Assembly: GCA_964588435.1 (NCBI GenBank)
Contig: CAZPPI010000001.1
Coordinates: 1-57,829 of the forward strand
Length of the DNA stretch: 57,829 nucleotides
From: an uncultured Gammaproteobacteria bacterium
Lineage (GTDB): Bacteria > Patescibacteriota > Patescibacteriia > Patescibacteriales > UBA12465
Reading direction: 5' to 3'
The translations under genes were made by a program, and so were the position numbers. The notes beneath the pieces were generated by a model. The model saw only the letters and a list, made by a program, of their open reading frames with translations. It was not told the origin of the DNA and searched no databases. Of this stretch, positions 47,991 to 57,080 are shown piece by piece (position 1 is the first letter of the stretch; each line of letters opens with the position of its first letter).

Positions 47991-48815
47991 TTAATTATCC
48001 TCCCCTAAAGCCATAATTTCCTCGCGCCAAGTTTGCAACTTATTGTTTTCAGGATTTATGGCTGACATCTTATTAAAATAGACCCAGGCTAGGTCCTTAT
48101 CTTTTTTCATTATACTTAAATCCAAAATTAGGTCAAGATAACGAGGATTATTAGGCTCTAAATCAAGTGCTTCTCCAATACTTTCCAAGGCATAATCAAG
48201 TCTTTCTAAATCTAAACCTGCCTTAGCTAAAGAAAAATAAATTTCTGCAATCGATAAATCCTCAGCTAATAGACCGGCTTTTTTTTCTTTGATTGCCAAT
48301 TTAAGAGCGAAGCTTAAAGTCTGAATCGCTTCCGTTAATTTGGCATTACTATAATAAAGCTCACCTAAAAAGAAAAAAGCCCGTAAATTCTTTTGATCTA
48401 AATTAATAATATCTAAATACTTAAGCTCGGCTAAGATATTATCATCCCGCTTCTCAGCTAGCTCCGCTTCTTTAAATAAATCTTTAATCAACTTATTTTT
48501 TTTCTCCATTGTTAATGGACCGTTTTTGAGATAGCTACTTTTTAAAGAATAAAGATTTTTTTCAACAAAAGTTAAGGCATCTTTAGTTTTATTTTTAAGA
48601 CGGTCAATATTTGATGAAAAAAGTCGATTAAAACGCATTAAATCACGGTCAATTCTTTTTTTAATAATTTCTTTCTTAAAACCAGCTTCCTTTTCACCGG
48701 GGATATTATCAGTATTTAGAATCGATAAAATTGAAAACTTACGGATAATAACAATAAAAACTGCTAACATTGAAGAAAGCGCAAGGAATAAAGCAATTTT
48801 TTCAAGTAATAACAT
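47991..48815 (-). CDS. TPR-repeat membrane-anchored protein
   Basis: 274 aa with an N-terminal TM helix and TPR-like repeats (AFFFLGELYYSNAKLTEAIQTLSFALKL...). Confidence 0.65.
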   Translation of the reverse strand: MLLLEKIALFLALSSMLAVFIVIIRKFSILSILNTDNIPGEKEAGFKKEIIKKRIDRDLMRFNRLFSSNIDRLKNKTKDALTFVEKNLYSLKSSYLKNGPLTMEKKNKLIKDLFKEAELAEKRDDNILAELKYLDIINLDQKNLRAFFFLGELYYSNAKLTEAIQTLSFALKLAIKEKKAGLLAEDLSIAEIYFSLAKAGLDLERLDYALESIGEALDLEPNNPRYLDLILDLSIMKKDKDLAWVYFNKMSAINPENNKLQTWREEIMALGEDN

Positions 48816-48828
48816 ATAAATTATAAAA

Positions 48829-49563
48829 CTAACAAATACTTAAAAAGCTCTCCGCTTCTAGACTAAGCCCACCGACTAAAAGTCCGGAAATGTTTCTTTG
48901 TTTTAAAAATAAAGCAGCATTTTTTTCATTAACGCTACCACCGTATAAAACTTGAGGTTGTTTTGATAAAAGTTTTTTTCCTTCTTTAATTATATAAGCT
49001 ACAGTCATTGCGGCTCCTTCGGCAGTCATCGCCTCCCCACTACCAATCGCCCAAATCGGTTCATAAGCGATTAAAACATCAGCACCTTTAAAACCTTTTT
49101 TCAAAGAAATATTTTTCAAAGATCCTTTTAACTGTTTTAAAATAACTTGCTTAGTTTTTTTGTCAGCCTTATCCTGAGCGCTTTCACCAACACATAATAT
49201 AACTTTCAAACCCGCCTCAAGAGCGGCTAAAACTTTTTTATTTATAACCTCATCAGATTCTCCTTGAATTTGTCTTCTCTCGCTATGACCCAAAATCACA
49301 TAAGTTGCGCCAACTTCTTTTAAATTCATCGGGGAAATTTCCCCAGTTAAAGCTCCACTAGCTTTAATAGAGCAATCCTGAGCGCCAAAACTAAAATTAT
49401 TAGTCAAACCAGAAGCAGTAATTAAAGGCAAACTAATAAAATCCGGGCAAACAATTACTTGTTGGCGACTTTTAGTTAAACCCAAATTTAATTTAGAAAC
49501 TAAACGCAAACTTTCCTCAACCGAAAGCTTCATTTTCCAGTTGGCAATAATAATTTTTGGCAT
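48829..49563 (-). CDS. tpiA: Triosephosphate isomerase
   Basis: ANWKM (Asn/Lys), LGHSERR (His) and AYEPIWAIG (Glu) catalytic motifs are intact. Confidence 0.92.
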   Translation of the reverse strand: MPKIIIANWKMKLSVEESLRLVSKLNLGLTKSRQQVIVCPDFISLPLITASGLTNNFSFGAQDCSIKASGALTGEISPMNLKEVGATYVILGHSERRQIQGESDEVINKKVLAALEAGLKVILCVGESAQDKADKKTKQVILKQLKGSLKNISLKKGFKGADVLIAYEPIWAIGSGEAMTAEGAAMTVAYIIKEGKKLLSKQPQVLYGGSVNEKNAALFLKQRNISGLLVGGLSLEAESFLSIC

Positions 49564-49574
49564 ATTTTAAATAT

Positions 49575-50501
49575 TTAACTGTTTTTATTTTTAGCCCAAC
49601 TAACAGTTTTCTTGATTCCTTGTTCCAAATTTACTTTCGGCTCCCAATCCAGAACTTTCTTGGCTAAAGAATTATCTAGACAACTTCGTCTCTGCTCTCC
49701 TGATTTAGCTGGTTTTTCTTCTATTAAAATTTCCTTATCAAGCGCCTTGCTTAAAGCCTCACGAATATCTAACAAACTTGACTCTAATCCATAAGAAATA
49801 TTAATTTCTCCTTGATAATTAATTTTCATAACCGAAATTAAAGCTTCTACAACATCACTAACAAAAACGAAATCACGGGTTTGTAATCCGTCACCAAATT
49901 GATAACTAATTTTATCAGAAACGGCATTGTCAGTAAAAATAGCGATTACTCCCGCCTCCCCACCTTTAAATTGGCGTGGTCCATAAACATTAGCAAACCT
50001 TAAAACTGAATAATCTAAACCATAATTGCGATAATATAAATTTAAATATTTCTCAAAAGTTAATTTATGAATACCATAAAATGATAAAGGATAGACTGGA
50101 CAATCTTCTTTAGTTGGAATTAAATCAGTTTCACCATAAATAGCTCCGCCGGTTGAGGAAAAAATTATTTTTTTAACCTTATGTAAGCGACAAGCTTCTA
50201 AAATTTTCAAACCACCATCAAGATTAATTTTAGCATCGTGTCGCGGATCAATCATTGATTTAGCTACTTCTATTTGTGCTGCTAAATGAAAAACAAAATC
50301 TGGTTTCTCTTTAGCAAATACTGGCTCTAGTTCGTTAGAGCTAATATCTAATTGATAAAAGGTTGCCTCTGGCCTAACATAACTTTTTAACCCTGAGGAT
50401 AAATCATCGACAATAACAATTTGATGACCCTCAGCAAATAAAATATCGGCTAAATTTGAGCCAATAAAACCAGCCCCACCAGTAATCAATATTTTAGACA
50501 T
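49575..50501 (-). CDS. NAD-dependent epimerase/dehydratase (GalE-like)
   Basis: ITGGAGFIGSN Rossmann motif and YGIHK (YxxxK). Confidence 0.85.
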   Translation of the reverse strand: MSKILITGGAGFIGSNLADILFAEGHQIVIVDDLSSGLKSYVRPEATFYQLDISSNELEPVFAKEKPDFVFHLAAQIEVAKSMIDPRHDAKINLDGGLKILEACRLHKVKKIIFSSTGGAIYGETDLIPTKEDCPVYPLSFYGIHKLTFEKYLNLYYRNYGLDYSVLRFANVYGPRQFKGGEAGVIAIFTDNAVSDKISYQFGDGLQTRDFVFVSDVVEALISVMKINYQGEINISYGLESSLLDIREALSKALDKEILIEEKPAKSGEQRRSCLDNSLAKKVLDWEPKVNLEQGIKKTVSWAKNKNS

Positions 50502-50728
50502 ATTAAATAATTAATATTTTAAGTATATATTGATAATAACACGATTTTTTTATAAAAAAAAGTCCAACTTTTTTATAAGCCCCTCGGACTTGCTTCTTCC
50601 TTTTTTTTCTGCTAAAATAATTTTAGAGATAATTAATAACAGCCTTTTAAATATTGGCTATTTTAACCATAAAGACCCCGATTTCCGTTGCTTTTAGCGT
50701 TTTTTCGGTAAAGGGTGTTTTATTTTTT

Positions 50729-52774
50729 ATGAGCATTAAAGACACAAAAGAAACTAGTAATTACGGCGCCGATCAAATTACCGTTCTTGAGGGTTTGGAT
50801 CCGGTTAGAAAACGCCCTGGAATGTATATTGGCTCAACCTCAGCCACCGGTCTTCACCACTTAATCTGGGAAGTTGTTGATAATTCAATTGACGAAGCAA
50901 TGGCTGGATATGCTAATGAAATCTGGGTTGATTTATTACCCGATAGATTAGTTTCGGTACGCGACAATGGTCGTGGCATCCCAGTAGGCATGCATAAAGT
51001 AACAGGAATTTCTGCTTTAGAAACTGTTTTAACTAAACTTCATGCCGGAGGAAAATTCGGTGGTGGTGGTTATAAAGTTTCTGGCGGTCTCCACGGTGTT
51101 GGTGTTTCCGTTGTTAATGCTTTAAGTGAATATTTAAAAGCTGAAATTCACGTTGATGGAAAAATTTGGGAACAAGAATTTAAAGCTGGAATTCCTCAAA
51201 AACCAGCTAAAGCTGTAGGCAAATGTGATGATAGGGGAACAACAATTTTCTTTAGACCAGACGCAACAATATTTACCGAACTAGATTTTAACTGGGGCAA
51301 AATTTTAGATCGTTTAAGACAACAGTCCTATTTAACCAAAGGCATAACAATTAGTGTTAATGATAAAAGAGAGGGTCACCGTGAAAAAAAGTATCGTTTT
51401 CACTTTGAAGGTGGTATTAAGTCCTATATCAAATCTTTACATCGAAATAAAGATGTAAAAAATGAAACTGTTTTTTATGTTGATAAAGATGTTAATGATT
51501 GTAAAGTAGAAGTTTCTCTTCAATATAATAATGAATACAACGAAACCGTCTTAGCTTTTGCCAATAATATCCATAACTCTGAAGGTGGAACCCATGTCGC
51601 TGGTTTTAAATCTGCTCTCACTAGAACTTTAAATAATTACGCTCGTAGTAAAAATTTATTAAAAGAAAAGGATGAAAACTTAACCGGAGAAGATGTGCGT
51701 GAAGGCTTAACTGCGATTATTAGTGTTAAATTAACCGATCCTCAATTTGAAGGTCAAACTAAGGGTAAGCTGGGAAGCGCCGAGATGAAAGGTTATGTTG
51801 AATCAATTTTTGGTGAAGCTTTTAATACTTATTTGGAAGAAAATCCAAAAGAAGCTGAGGCGATTGTTGGTAAATGTATTTTATCATCTCAAGCTCGAAT
51901 GGCCGCTCGTTCAGCTAGAGCAACAATTTTAAGAAAAAGTGCTCTTGAGGGAATGACTCTTCCGGGTAAATTAGCCGATTGTTCAAGTCGACACCCCGAA
52001 GAATGTGAAATTTACATCGTTGAGGGAGATTCTGCTGGCGGCTCCGCCAAACAAGGTCGTAATAGAAAATTTCAAGCGATTCTTCCCTTGCGAGGTAAAA
52101 TTTTAAATGTTGAAAGAGCTCGCTTAGATAAAATGTTAGCTAATAATGAAATTAAAAATCTAGTTATTGCTCTTGGTACTAATATTGATGAACAATTTGA
52201 TTTAACTAAATTAAGATACCACCGTGTTATTATTATGACAGATGCCGATGTCGATGGTTCTCATATCCGAACCTTACTATTAACTTTATTCTTCCGCCAC
52301 TTTAATTCTTTAATTAGCGGTGGTCATGTTTATATCGCTCAACCACCTTTATACCAAATCAGAAAAGGTAGCTCTGTAAATTATGCTTATACCGAAGAAG
52401 AAAAGGAGGAAATTATTGTTAGCCTAGGCGGCACCCCGGAAGATTCAATCGAGATAGCTGAAGAAACTGATGATGGCGAAGATTTTATAATTGAGGAAAA
52501 AGATGAAGCCATTATTAAAAAGGTAGCCGAAGAAGCGGAAAAAAAGAAAAATAGTAAAATTCATATTCAACGCTATAAAGGTTTGGGAGAAATGAATCCG
52601 GAACAGCTCTGGGAAACAACTATGAATCCGGAAACAAGGATTGTCAAACAAGTAACAGTTGAAGATGCTGCTAAGGCTGATCAGATTTTTGATATGTTAA
52701 TGGGTGATAATGTTGCTCCTCGTAAAAGTTTCATTCAAACCCACGCCAAAAAAGTTCAAAATCTTGATATCTAA
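50729..52774 (+). CDS. gyrB: DNA gyrase subunit B
   Basis: YGADQITVLEGLDPVRKRPGMYIG, a GHKL ATPase domain, Toprim EIYIVEGDSAGG and DADVDGSH, and QRYKGLGEMNPEQLWETTM. The start is set at ATG 50729; the track start is an upstream TTG. Confidence 0.93.
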   Translation: MSIKDTKETSNYGADQITVLEGLDPVRKRPGMYIGSTSATGLHHLIWEVVDNSIDEAMAGYANEIWVDLLPDRLVSVRDNGRGIPVGMHKVTGISALETVLTKLHAGGKFGGGGYKVSGGLHGVGVSVVNALSEYLKAEIHVDGKIWEQEFKAGIPQKPAKAVGKCDDRGTTIFFRPDATIFTELDFNWGKILDRLRQQSYLTKGITISVNDKREGHREKKYRFHFEGGIKSYIKSLHRNKDVKNETVFYVDKDVNDCKVEVSLQYNNEYNETVLAFANNIHNSEGGTHVAGFKSALTRTLNNYARSKNLLKEKDENLTGEDVREGLTAIISVKLTDPQFEGQTKGKLGSAEMKGYVESIFGEAFNTYLEENPKEAEAIVGKCILSSQARMAARSARATILRKSALEGMTLPGKLADCSSRHPEECEIYIVEGDSAGGSAKQGRNRKFQAILPLRGKILNVERARLDKMLANNEIKNLVIALGTNIDEQFDLTKLRYHRVIIMTDADVDGSHIRTLLLTLFFRHFNSLISGGHVYIAQPPLYQIRKGSSVNYAYTEEEKEEIIVSLGGTPEDSIEIAEETDDGEDFIIEEKDEAIIKKVAEEAEKKKNSKIHIQRYKGLGEMNPEQLWETTMNPETRIVKQVTVEDAAKADQIFDMLMGDNVAPRKSFIQTHAKKVQNLDI

Positions 52775-52803
52775 AAACTGGCTTAAAAAAATAAAATAAT
52801 AAT

Positions 52804-53259
52804 ATGGAAGCCTTAATTATTAAATACTTAGTCTTACTCTGTCCAATAGTTGCCTTTATTTTTGCTCAAGGAACAAAAATGATAATTAGATCAACTAAGA
52901 GAAAACTAGCTTTACGTGATATTTTTGCTTATTCTGATATGCCTAGCGGCCACACTGCTGTCGTCGTTGCTTTAGTAACAATAATTGCTTTATCTGAAGG
53001 AATAAACTCAAGCTTCTTTGCGATTTCTTTTGTCTTCGCTTTAATTGTTATAGTTGATGCAATCGGCTTAAGAAATTATTTAGGTCAACACGGAAAAACC
53101 TTAAATGTTTTAGTTAAGGACTTACACGAAGATTCTTTCTTAGATTTCTCTTATCCAAAATTATTAGAAAAAATAGGTCACACCCCGCTTCAAGTTTTAG
53201 TCGGGGCTTTAGTCGGAATTGTGACCAGCTTATTAGGTTATTTTATTTTCATTGTTTAA
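52804..53259 (+). CDS. DUF212 / divergent PAP2-family membrane protein
   Basis: 151 aa with the MPSGHTA motif and 4 TM segments. Confidence 0.75.
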   Translation: MEALIIKYLVLLCPIVAFIFAQGTKMIIRSTKRKLALRDIFAYSDMPSGHTAVVVALVTIIALSEGINSSFFAISFVFALIVIVDAIGLRNYLGQHGKTLNVLVKDLHEDSFLDFSYPKLLEKIGHTPLQVLVGALVGIVTSLLGYFIFIV

Positions 53260-53273
53260 AAATAATAAAAAAA

Positions 53274-53308
53274 GCCCGACGATTTTTCTTCTCGTCGGGT
53301 TTTATTTT
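53274..53308 (+). terminator. Rho-independent terminator
   Basis: GCCCGACGA-loop-TCGTCGGGT followed by TTTATTTT. Confidence 0.7.
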
Positions 53309-53313
53309 ATGGC

Positions 53314-53421
53314 AAAACCACACTTAAAGATCGCAAAGGGATCCCCTGATTGTGAAGCTCAGTTTTTAAAATCACAATCAAAGATCGCAAAGGGATCCCC
53401 TGATTGTGAAGCTCAAAAATA
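53314..53421. repeat. 54-bp tandem duplication (two units) containing hairpins
   Basis: AAAGATCGCAAAGGGATCCCCTGATTGTGAAGCTCA occurs at 53326-53361 and 53380-53415 (identical copies). TCACAATCA/TGATTGTGA arms lie in the second unit. Confidence 0.8.
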
Positions 53422-53631
53422 TTGACATTTCTGAGACATTTTTCCAAGAAAGTGGACAAACTTATCTTGGTTTCATCAAACCCTAAAATATCTAATATCT
53501 CAAGGTTACGGTCATTTAAACCATTAATTTTTCCTTTCATATTAATTAGTTTTAATGTTAATGTACTGCTCAAAAATTTAACTCTTTACTTTATATTATG
53601 CTCTAGTATCTGTCAAATATCTCTTTAAATT

Positions 53632-54567
53632 TTATAATAAATTCCCAGCCAAACTTTTACCCTGCATTGACTCGGGTTTTTCAAGCCCCATTATTTCCAA
53701 AATTGTTGGAACAATATCAATCAAAGAGCCAGATACAACTAAAGAACTCAAATCTGAATCCATCACATCAGTTTTACCAACTCTTAAGCCTTTAAAATCA
53801 GAGCTAACAAAAATTAGGGCTAAAGGATTTTTGGTTGGACCATTATCATTTATTTCCATGCCAAGATCCAACATCTTTTCCGCATTACCAAAAACAGAAG
53901 AAATCAAAAGACAAGCGTTTTTTTCCAAAACCTTATCCGTGATTTTTTTTAAAAGCTTATCAATTAAAGCAATTTCTTGACGCGCAGTTTCCATATCACC
54001 AGTTCTGGCAGCCAAATCTATTCCAGGAGCGGAAACAATAATTAAATCATTAGGTTCGGGTTCTTCAAGACGATTTAAAAGATCGGAAAATATTTTTTTT
54101 GTTAATAGCCCCCGGCTTAAAGGCTTGCCATTTTTTAAAGTTGATGAAATAATTTGCCATTCTTCAAGCGGAAATTTATCCTCTTTTAAACCGTTAAAAA
54201 AATTGGTTAAAGCGGCAAAACGATTGCTTTCGGTAATTTTTATTTGTTTTAAATTATTATCCGCCAAAACAGAACTTAAACTTAAAAAAGTTTCACTAGA
54301 ATCAATATTTATTTCCCCGCTACTATTAGCCGTTCCTAAATTTAAATATCTCTGATTAACATTTCCCTCTAATGGACTTAGCAAGGCAACCGGATAATCA
54401 TTAATTAATTTATTAATAGTTGGAGTTTTAATTTGAGAAAAAGCATTCCCTTCATTAACTGGAGCCACTCCAAAACCATCAAGTAGTAATAGGATAACTG
54501 GGCGTGGTCGTTTATAATCACTCTCCTCAGGAGCGACGGGAGTTAAAGTATCTGCAATAATATTCAT
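53632..54567 (-). CDS. Truncated iPGM-like (alkaline-phosphatase superfamily) protein, probably not a canonical phosphoglycerate mutase
   Basis: 311 aa. The iPGM-like N-terminus RPVILLLLDGFG and C-terminus DIVPTILEIMGLEKPESMQGKSL are present. The central transferase domain and catalytic motifs appear absent (see finding). Confidence 0.6.
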   Translation of the reverse strand: MNIIADTLTPVAPEESDYKRPRPVILLLLDGFGVAPVNEGNAFSQIKTPTINKLINDYPVALLSPLEGNVNQRYLNLGTANSSGEINIDSSETFLSLSSVLADNNLKQIKITESNRFAALTNFFNGLKEDKFPLEEWQIISSTLKNGKPLSRGLLTKKIFSDLLNRLEEPEPNDLIIVSAPGIDLAARTGDMETARQEIALIDKLLKKITDKVLEKNACLLISSVFGNAEKMLDLGMEINDNGPTKNPLALIFVSSDFKGLRVGKTDVMDSDLSSLVVSGSLIDIVPTILEIMGLEKPESMQGKSLAGNLL

Positions 54568-54596
54568 AAATAATTAGTTTATAACTCGGATTCAAT

Positions 54597-55865
54597 CTAT
54601 AATTCAGACTCAATTTCAAGTAAACGATTATATTTAGCAGTTCTTTCCCCGCGAGATAAAGAACCAGCCTTGAAATAATCAGCTCCAAAACTAACAGCTA
54701 AATCGGCAATAAAGCTATCGTTACTTTCTTGATTGAGCCCAGAGACCACTAATTTATAACCATGATCTTGAGCTAGCTTGGCATAAAAAACTGACTCGGT
54801 CAAGGTTCCGGCTTTAGCCGGCTTTAGAATTACAGTATTTAAAGCTTTTTTATCCAAAGCCTCACGCAGACGCTTAATGTTTGAAGCTAATAAATCATCA
54901 GCGGAAATTATTAAGTCTTTACCAAGGCGCGAATTAAGTTTTTGCCAAGACTCCCAATCATTTTCGCTGAAAGCATCTTCAAGATAAGTAATTGGATAAC
55001 GACTCAACCACTCTTCATACAAAGAACTTAAATCAAGGGCGCTAAAATAATTTCTATCTAAAGAAAAAAGGTATTTTTTCGCTTCACTGTCATATAAAAT
55101 AGAAGAACCAATATCTAAGCCCAAACTAAAATCTTCACCCGGATTATAACCACGCCGAATAATTGCTGTCAACATAAACTCAAACGCCTCAATACTTGAA
55201 TCAATTTCTGGGGCATAACCACCCTCTTGGCCAGTATCAGTATCAAGCCCAGCTTCTTTTAAAACTTCAGCTAATTCCAAAAAAACTTCACTACTTTTTC
55301 TTATCATCTGAGAAACCTCTTCTCTTTTAGGAATTAAAAGAAATTCCTGAAAATCTAAATCCGTGTCGCCAGTATCGCCACCATTAAAAATATTAAAGAT
55401 TGGCAAAGGTAGATTATTTTTTTTAATCGGTTTTAATTTATAAAGATTAGTAATATAAACGAAAAGCTCTTGATTCAAACTTTTCGCCGCCAAGTTAGCG
55501 CAAGCTAAAGAAACGCAATAAATTAAAGCCGGACCTAGATTATTTCGCTCTGGACCATTAAGTTCTGCAAGTTTTTCATCAAGCTCAACTTGTTCTAAGA
55601 TATTATAACCCAATAAGGCGGGCTTAAGTTCTTTTTCAACAAGCTCAATAGAATTTAAACGACCCCAACCTTTATATCGCTTTTCATCATTATCAAGTTT
55701 ATCTTTATCAGAAAAAAGTGTTTCGTAATTGTCAAAGGCATAGCTAACGCTAGCCGATTGATTGTTATCACCAACAATTTTAATCTTCAAAGTTGGGCGG
55801 CCAGAAGAATTTAAAACCTCTAAAGCAGTTATTTCCTTAATTAAAATTTTTTTCTTATTAGCCAT
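54597..55865 (-). CDS. Enolase-family protein (divergent active site)
   Basis: 422 aa, collinear with enolase (QEGGYAP, LDIGSS, YLEDAF, ADDL, ILKP, KYNRLLEIE). The SGASTG and SHRSGETED motifs are replaced (see finding). Confidence 0.75.
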   Translation of the reverse strand: MANKKKILIKEITALEVLNSSGRPTLKIKIVGDNNQSASVSYAFDNYETLFSDKDKLDNDEKRYKGWGRLNSIELVEKELKPALLGYNILEQVELDEKLAELNGPERNNLGPALIYCVSLACANLAAKSLNQELFVYITNLYKLKPIKKNNLPLPIFNIFNGGDTGDTDLDFQEFLLIPKREEVSQMIRKSSEVFLELAEVLKEAGLDTDTGQEGGYAPEIDSSIEAFEFMLTAIIRRGYNPGEDFSLGLDIGSSILYDSEAKKYLFSLDRNYFSALDLSSLYEEWLSRYPITYLEDAFSENDWESWQKLNSRLGKDLIISADDLLASNIKRLREALDKKALNTVILKPAKAGTLTESVFYAKLAQDHGYKLVVSGLNQESNDSFIADLAVSFGADYFKAGSLSRGERTAKYNRLLEIESEL

Positions 55866-55870
55866 ATTTT

Positions 55871-57043
55871 TTATTTAACAATTTTTTTTAAACCAGGCAT
55901 TTTTTCACCGCCAAGATAAGACAACATCGCCCCACCCGCTGTGGAAACAAAATCAACATACTCCTCCATCTTAGTCATCTTTAAAACTGTAACTGTTTCT
56001 CCGCCACCAACTAAACCATAAGCTTTCCCCTTAGAACGTGCGGCAACTAAACGGGCCAAAGATAAACTTCCCTGTTTAAAATGTTGATTCTCAAACTTAC
56101 CCATCGGCCCGTTCCAAACTAAGGTAGAGGCCTTTTTAATATGTTCAGCAAAAATACTAATTGTTTCTGGGCCAATATCTAAAATTGATTCACTTTTCTT
56201 GACCTCATCCGGTCTCACTACTTTAGCTTTTCCAGTTTTTGTTAGAACAACAAGATCAAGAGGTAAAGAAATTTTTTCCGCTGCCCCTTTAATTTTAAAA
56301 AGTTTTTTAATAATTTTAGACGAGTCTTTATCATACAAAGACTTACCGACCTCAAAACCCATATTCTTGATGAAGGTCGTTGCTAGAGCTCCACCAATTA
56401 ATATCTTGTCTGCCTTAACCAAGAATTTCTCAATCAAAGGCGCTTTAGTAGAAATTTTTGCTCCACCCATAATTGCAATAAAAGGTTTTTTCGGTTTCAA
56501 AATCTTAGCTAAGGCCTCTAATTCTTTCTCCATTAATAAGCCGGCATAACTCGGTAAATATTTTTTAATCATACCAACCGAGGCTTGGCTTCTATGGGAA
56601 ACCGAGAAAGCATCATTTATATATAAATCTGCTAAAGAAGCAAGATCCTTAGCAAAATGAGCCTCATTCTTTAATTCTCCGGGATTGAAACGAAGATTTT
56701 CAAGCATTAGTATTTCTCCATCTTTCAATTTAGAAACCTCTGCCAAAACTTTAAGTGGCTCATATTCAAAACTAAATTTAAGCGGTTTTTTTAAGAGTAA
56801 TTTTAATCTAGCTGCAACCGGTTTTAAAGAATATTTTTCATCAAATTTACCATCGGCCTTACCAAGGTGACTAATGATTATTATCTTAGCTTTCTTGTTT
56901 AATAAAAACTCAATCGTCTCTTTAGCCGACTCCAAGCGGTAATCATCTAAAATTTTACCATCTTTAACCTGAACATTTAAATCAAGTCTCAATAAAACTT
57001 TTTTACCGTTAATTTGCTTTAATTTTTTAATTGAGTTAATCAT
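55871..57043 (-). CDS. pgk: Phosphoglycerate kinase
   Basis: RLDLNV, ISHLGK, NDAFSVSHR, GGAKISTK, LDIGPET, WNGPMGKFE and STAGGAML motifs are all collinear with PGK. Confidence 0.9.
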   Translation of the reverse strand: MINSIKKLKQINGKKVLLRLDLNVQVKDGKILDDYRLESAKETIEFLLNKKAKIIIISHLGKADGKFDEKYSLKPVAARLKLLLKKPLKFSFEYEPLKVLAEVSKLKDGEILMLENLRFNPGELKNEAHFAKDLASLADLYINDAFSVSHRSQASVGMIKKYLPSYAGLLMEKELEALAKILKPKKPFIAIMGGAKISTKAPLIEKFLVKADKILIGGALATTFIKNMGFEVGKSLYDKDSSKIIKKLFKIKGAAEKISLPLDLVVLTKTGKAKVVRPDEVKKSESILDIGPETISIFAEHIKKASTLVWNGPMGKFENQHFKQGSLSLARLVAARSKGKAYGLVGGGETVTVLKMTKMEEYVDFVSTAGGAMLSYLGGEKMPGLKKIVK

Positions 57044-57080
57044 ATTTTAAAATTTTAATGCGATAAAATCGAAAACAATT

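Noticed and set aside
53326-53415. Possible mini-CRISPR (two identical 36-nt repeats)
   Set aside because: There are only two copies. The intervening 18 nt is too short for a spacer and is itself part of a 54-bp tandem unit. No cas genes and no leader are present. I called it a tandem duplication instead.
53307-53573. 88-aa ORF as a real gene
   Set aside because: Its C-terminal third is the 54-bp tandem repeat, and it overlaps the terminator region of the convergent gene. No motif is recognised. It is left uncalled, although the in-frame period keeps it possible.
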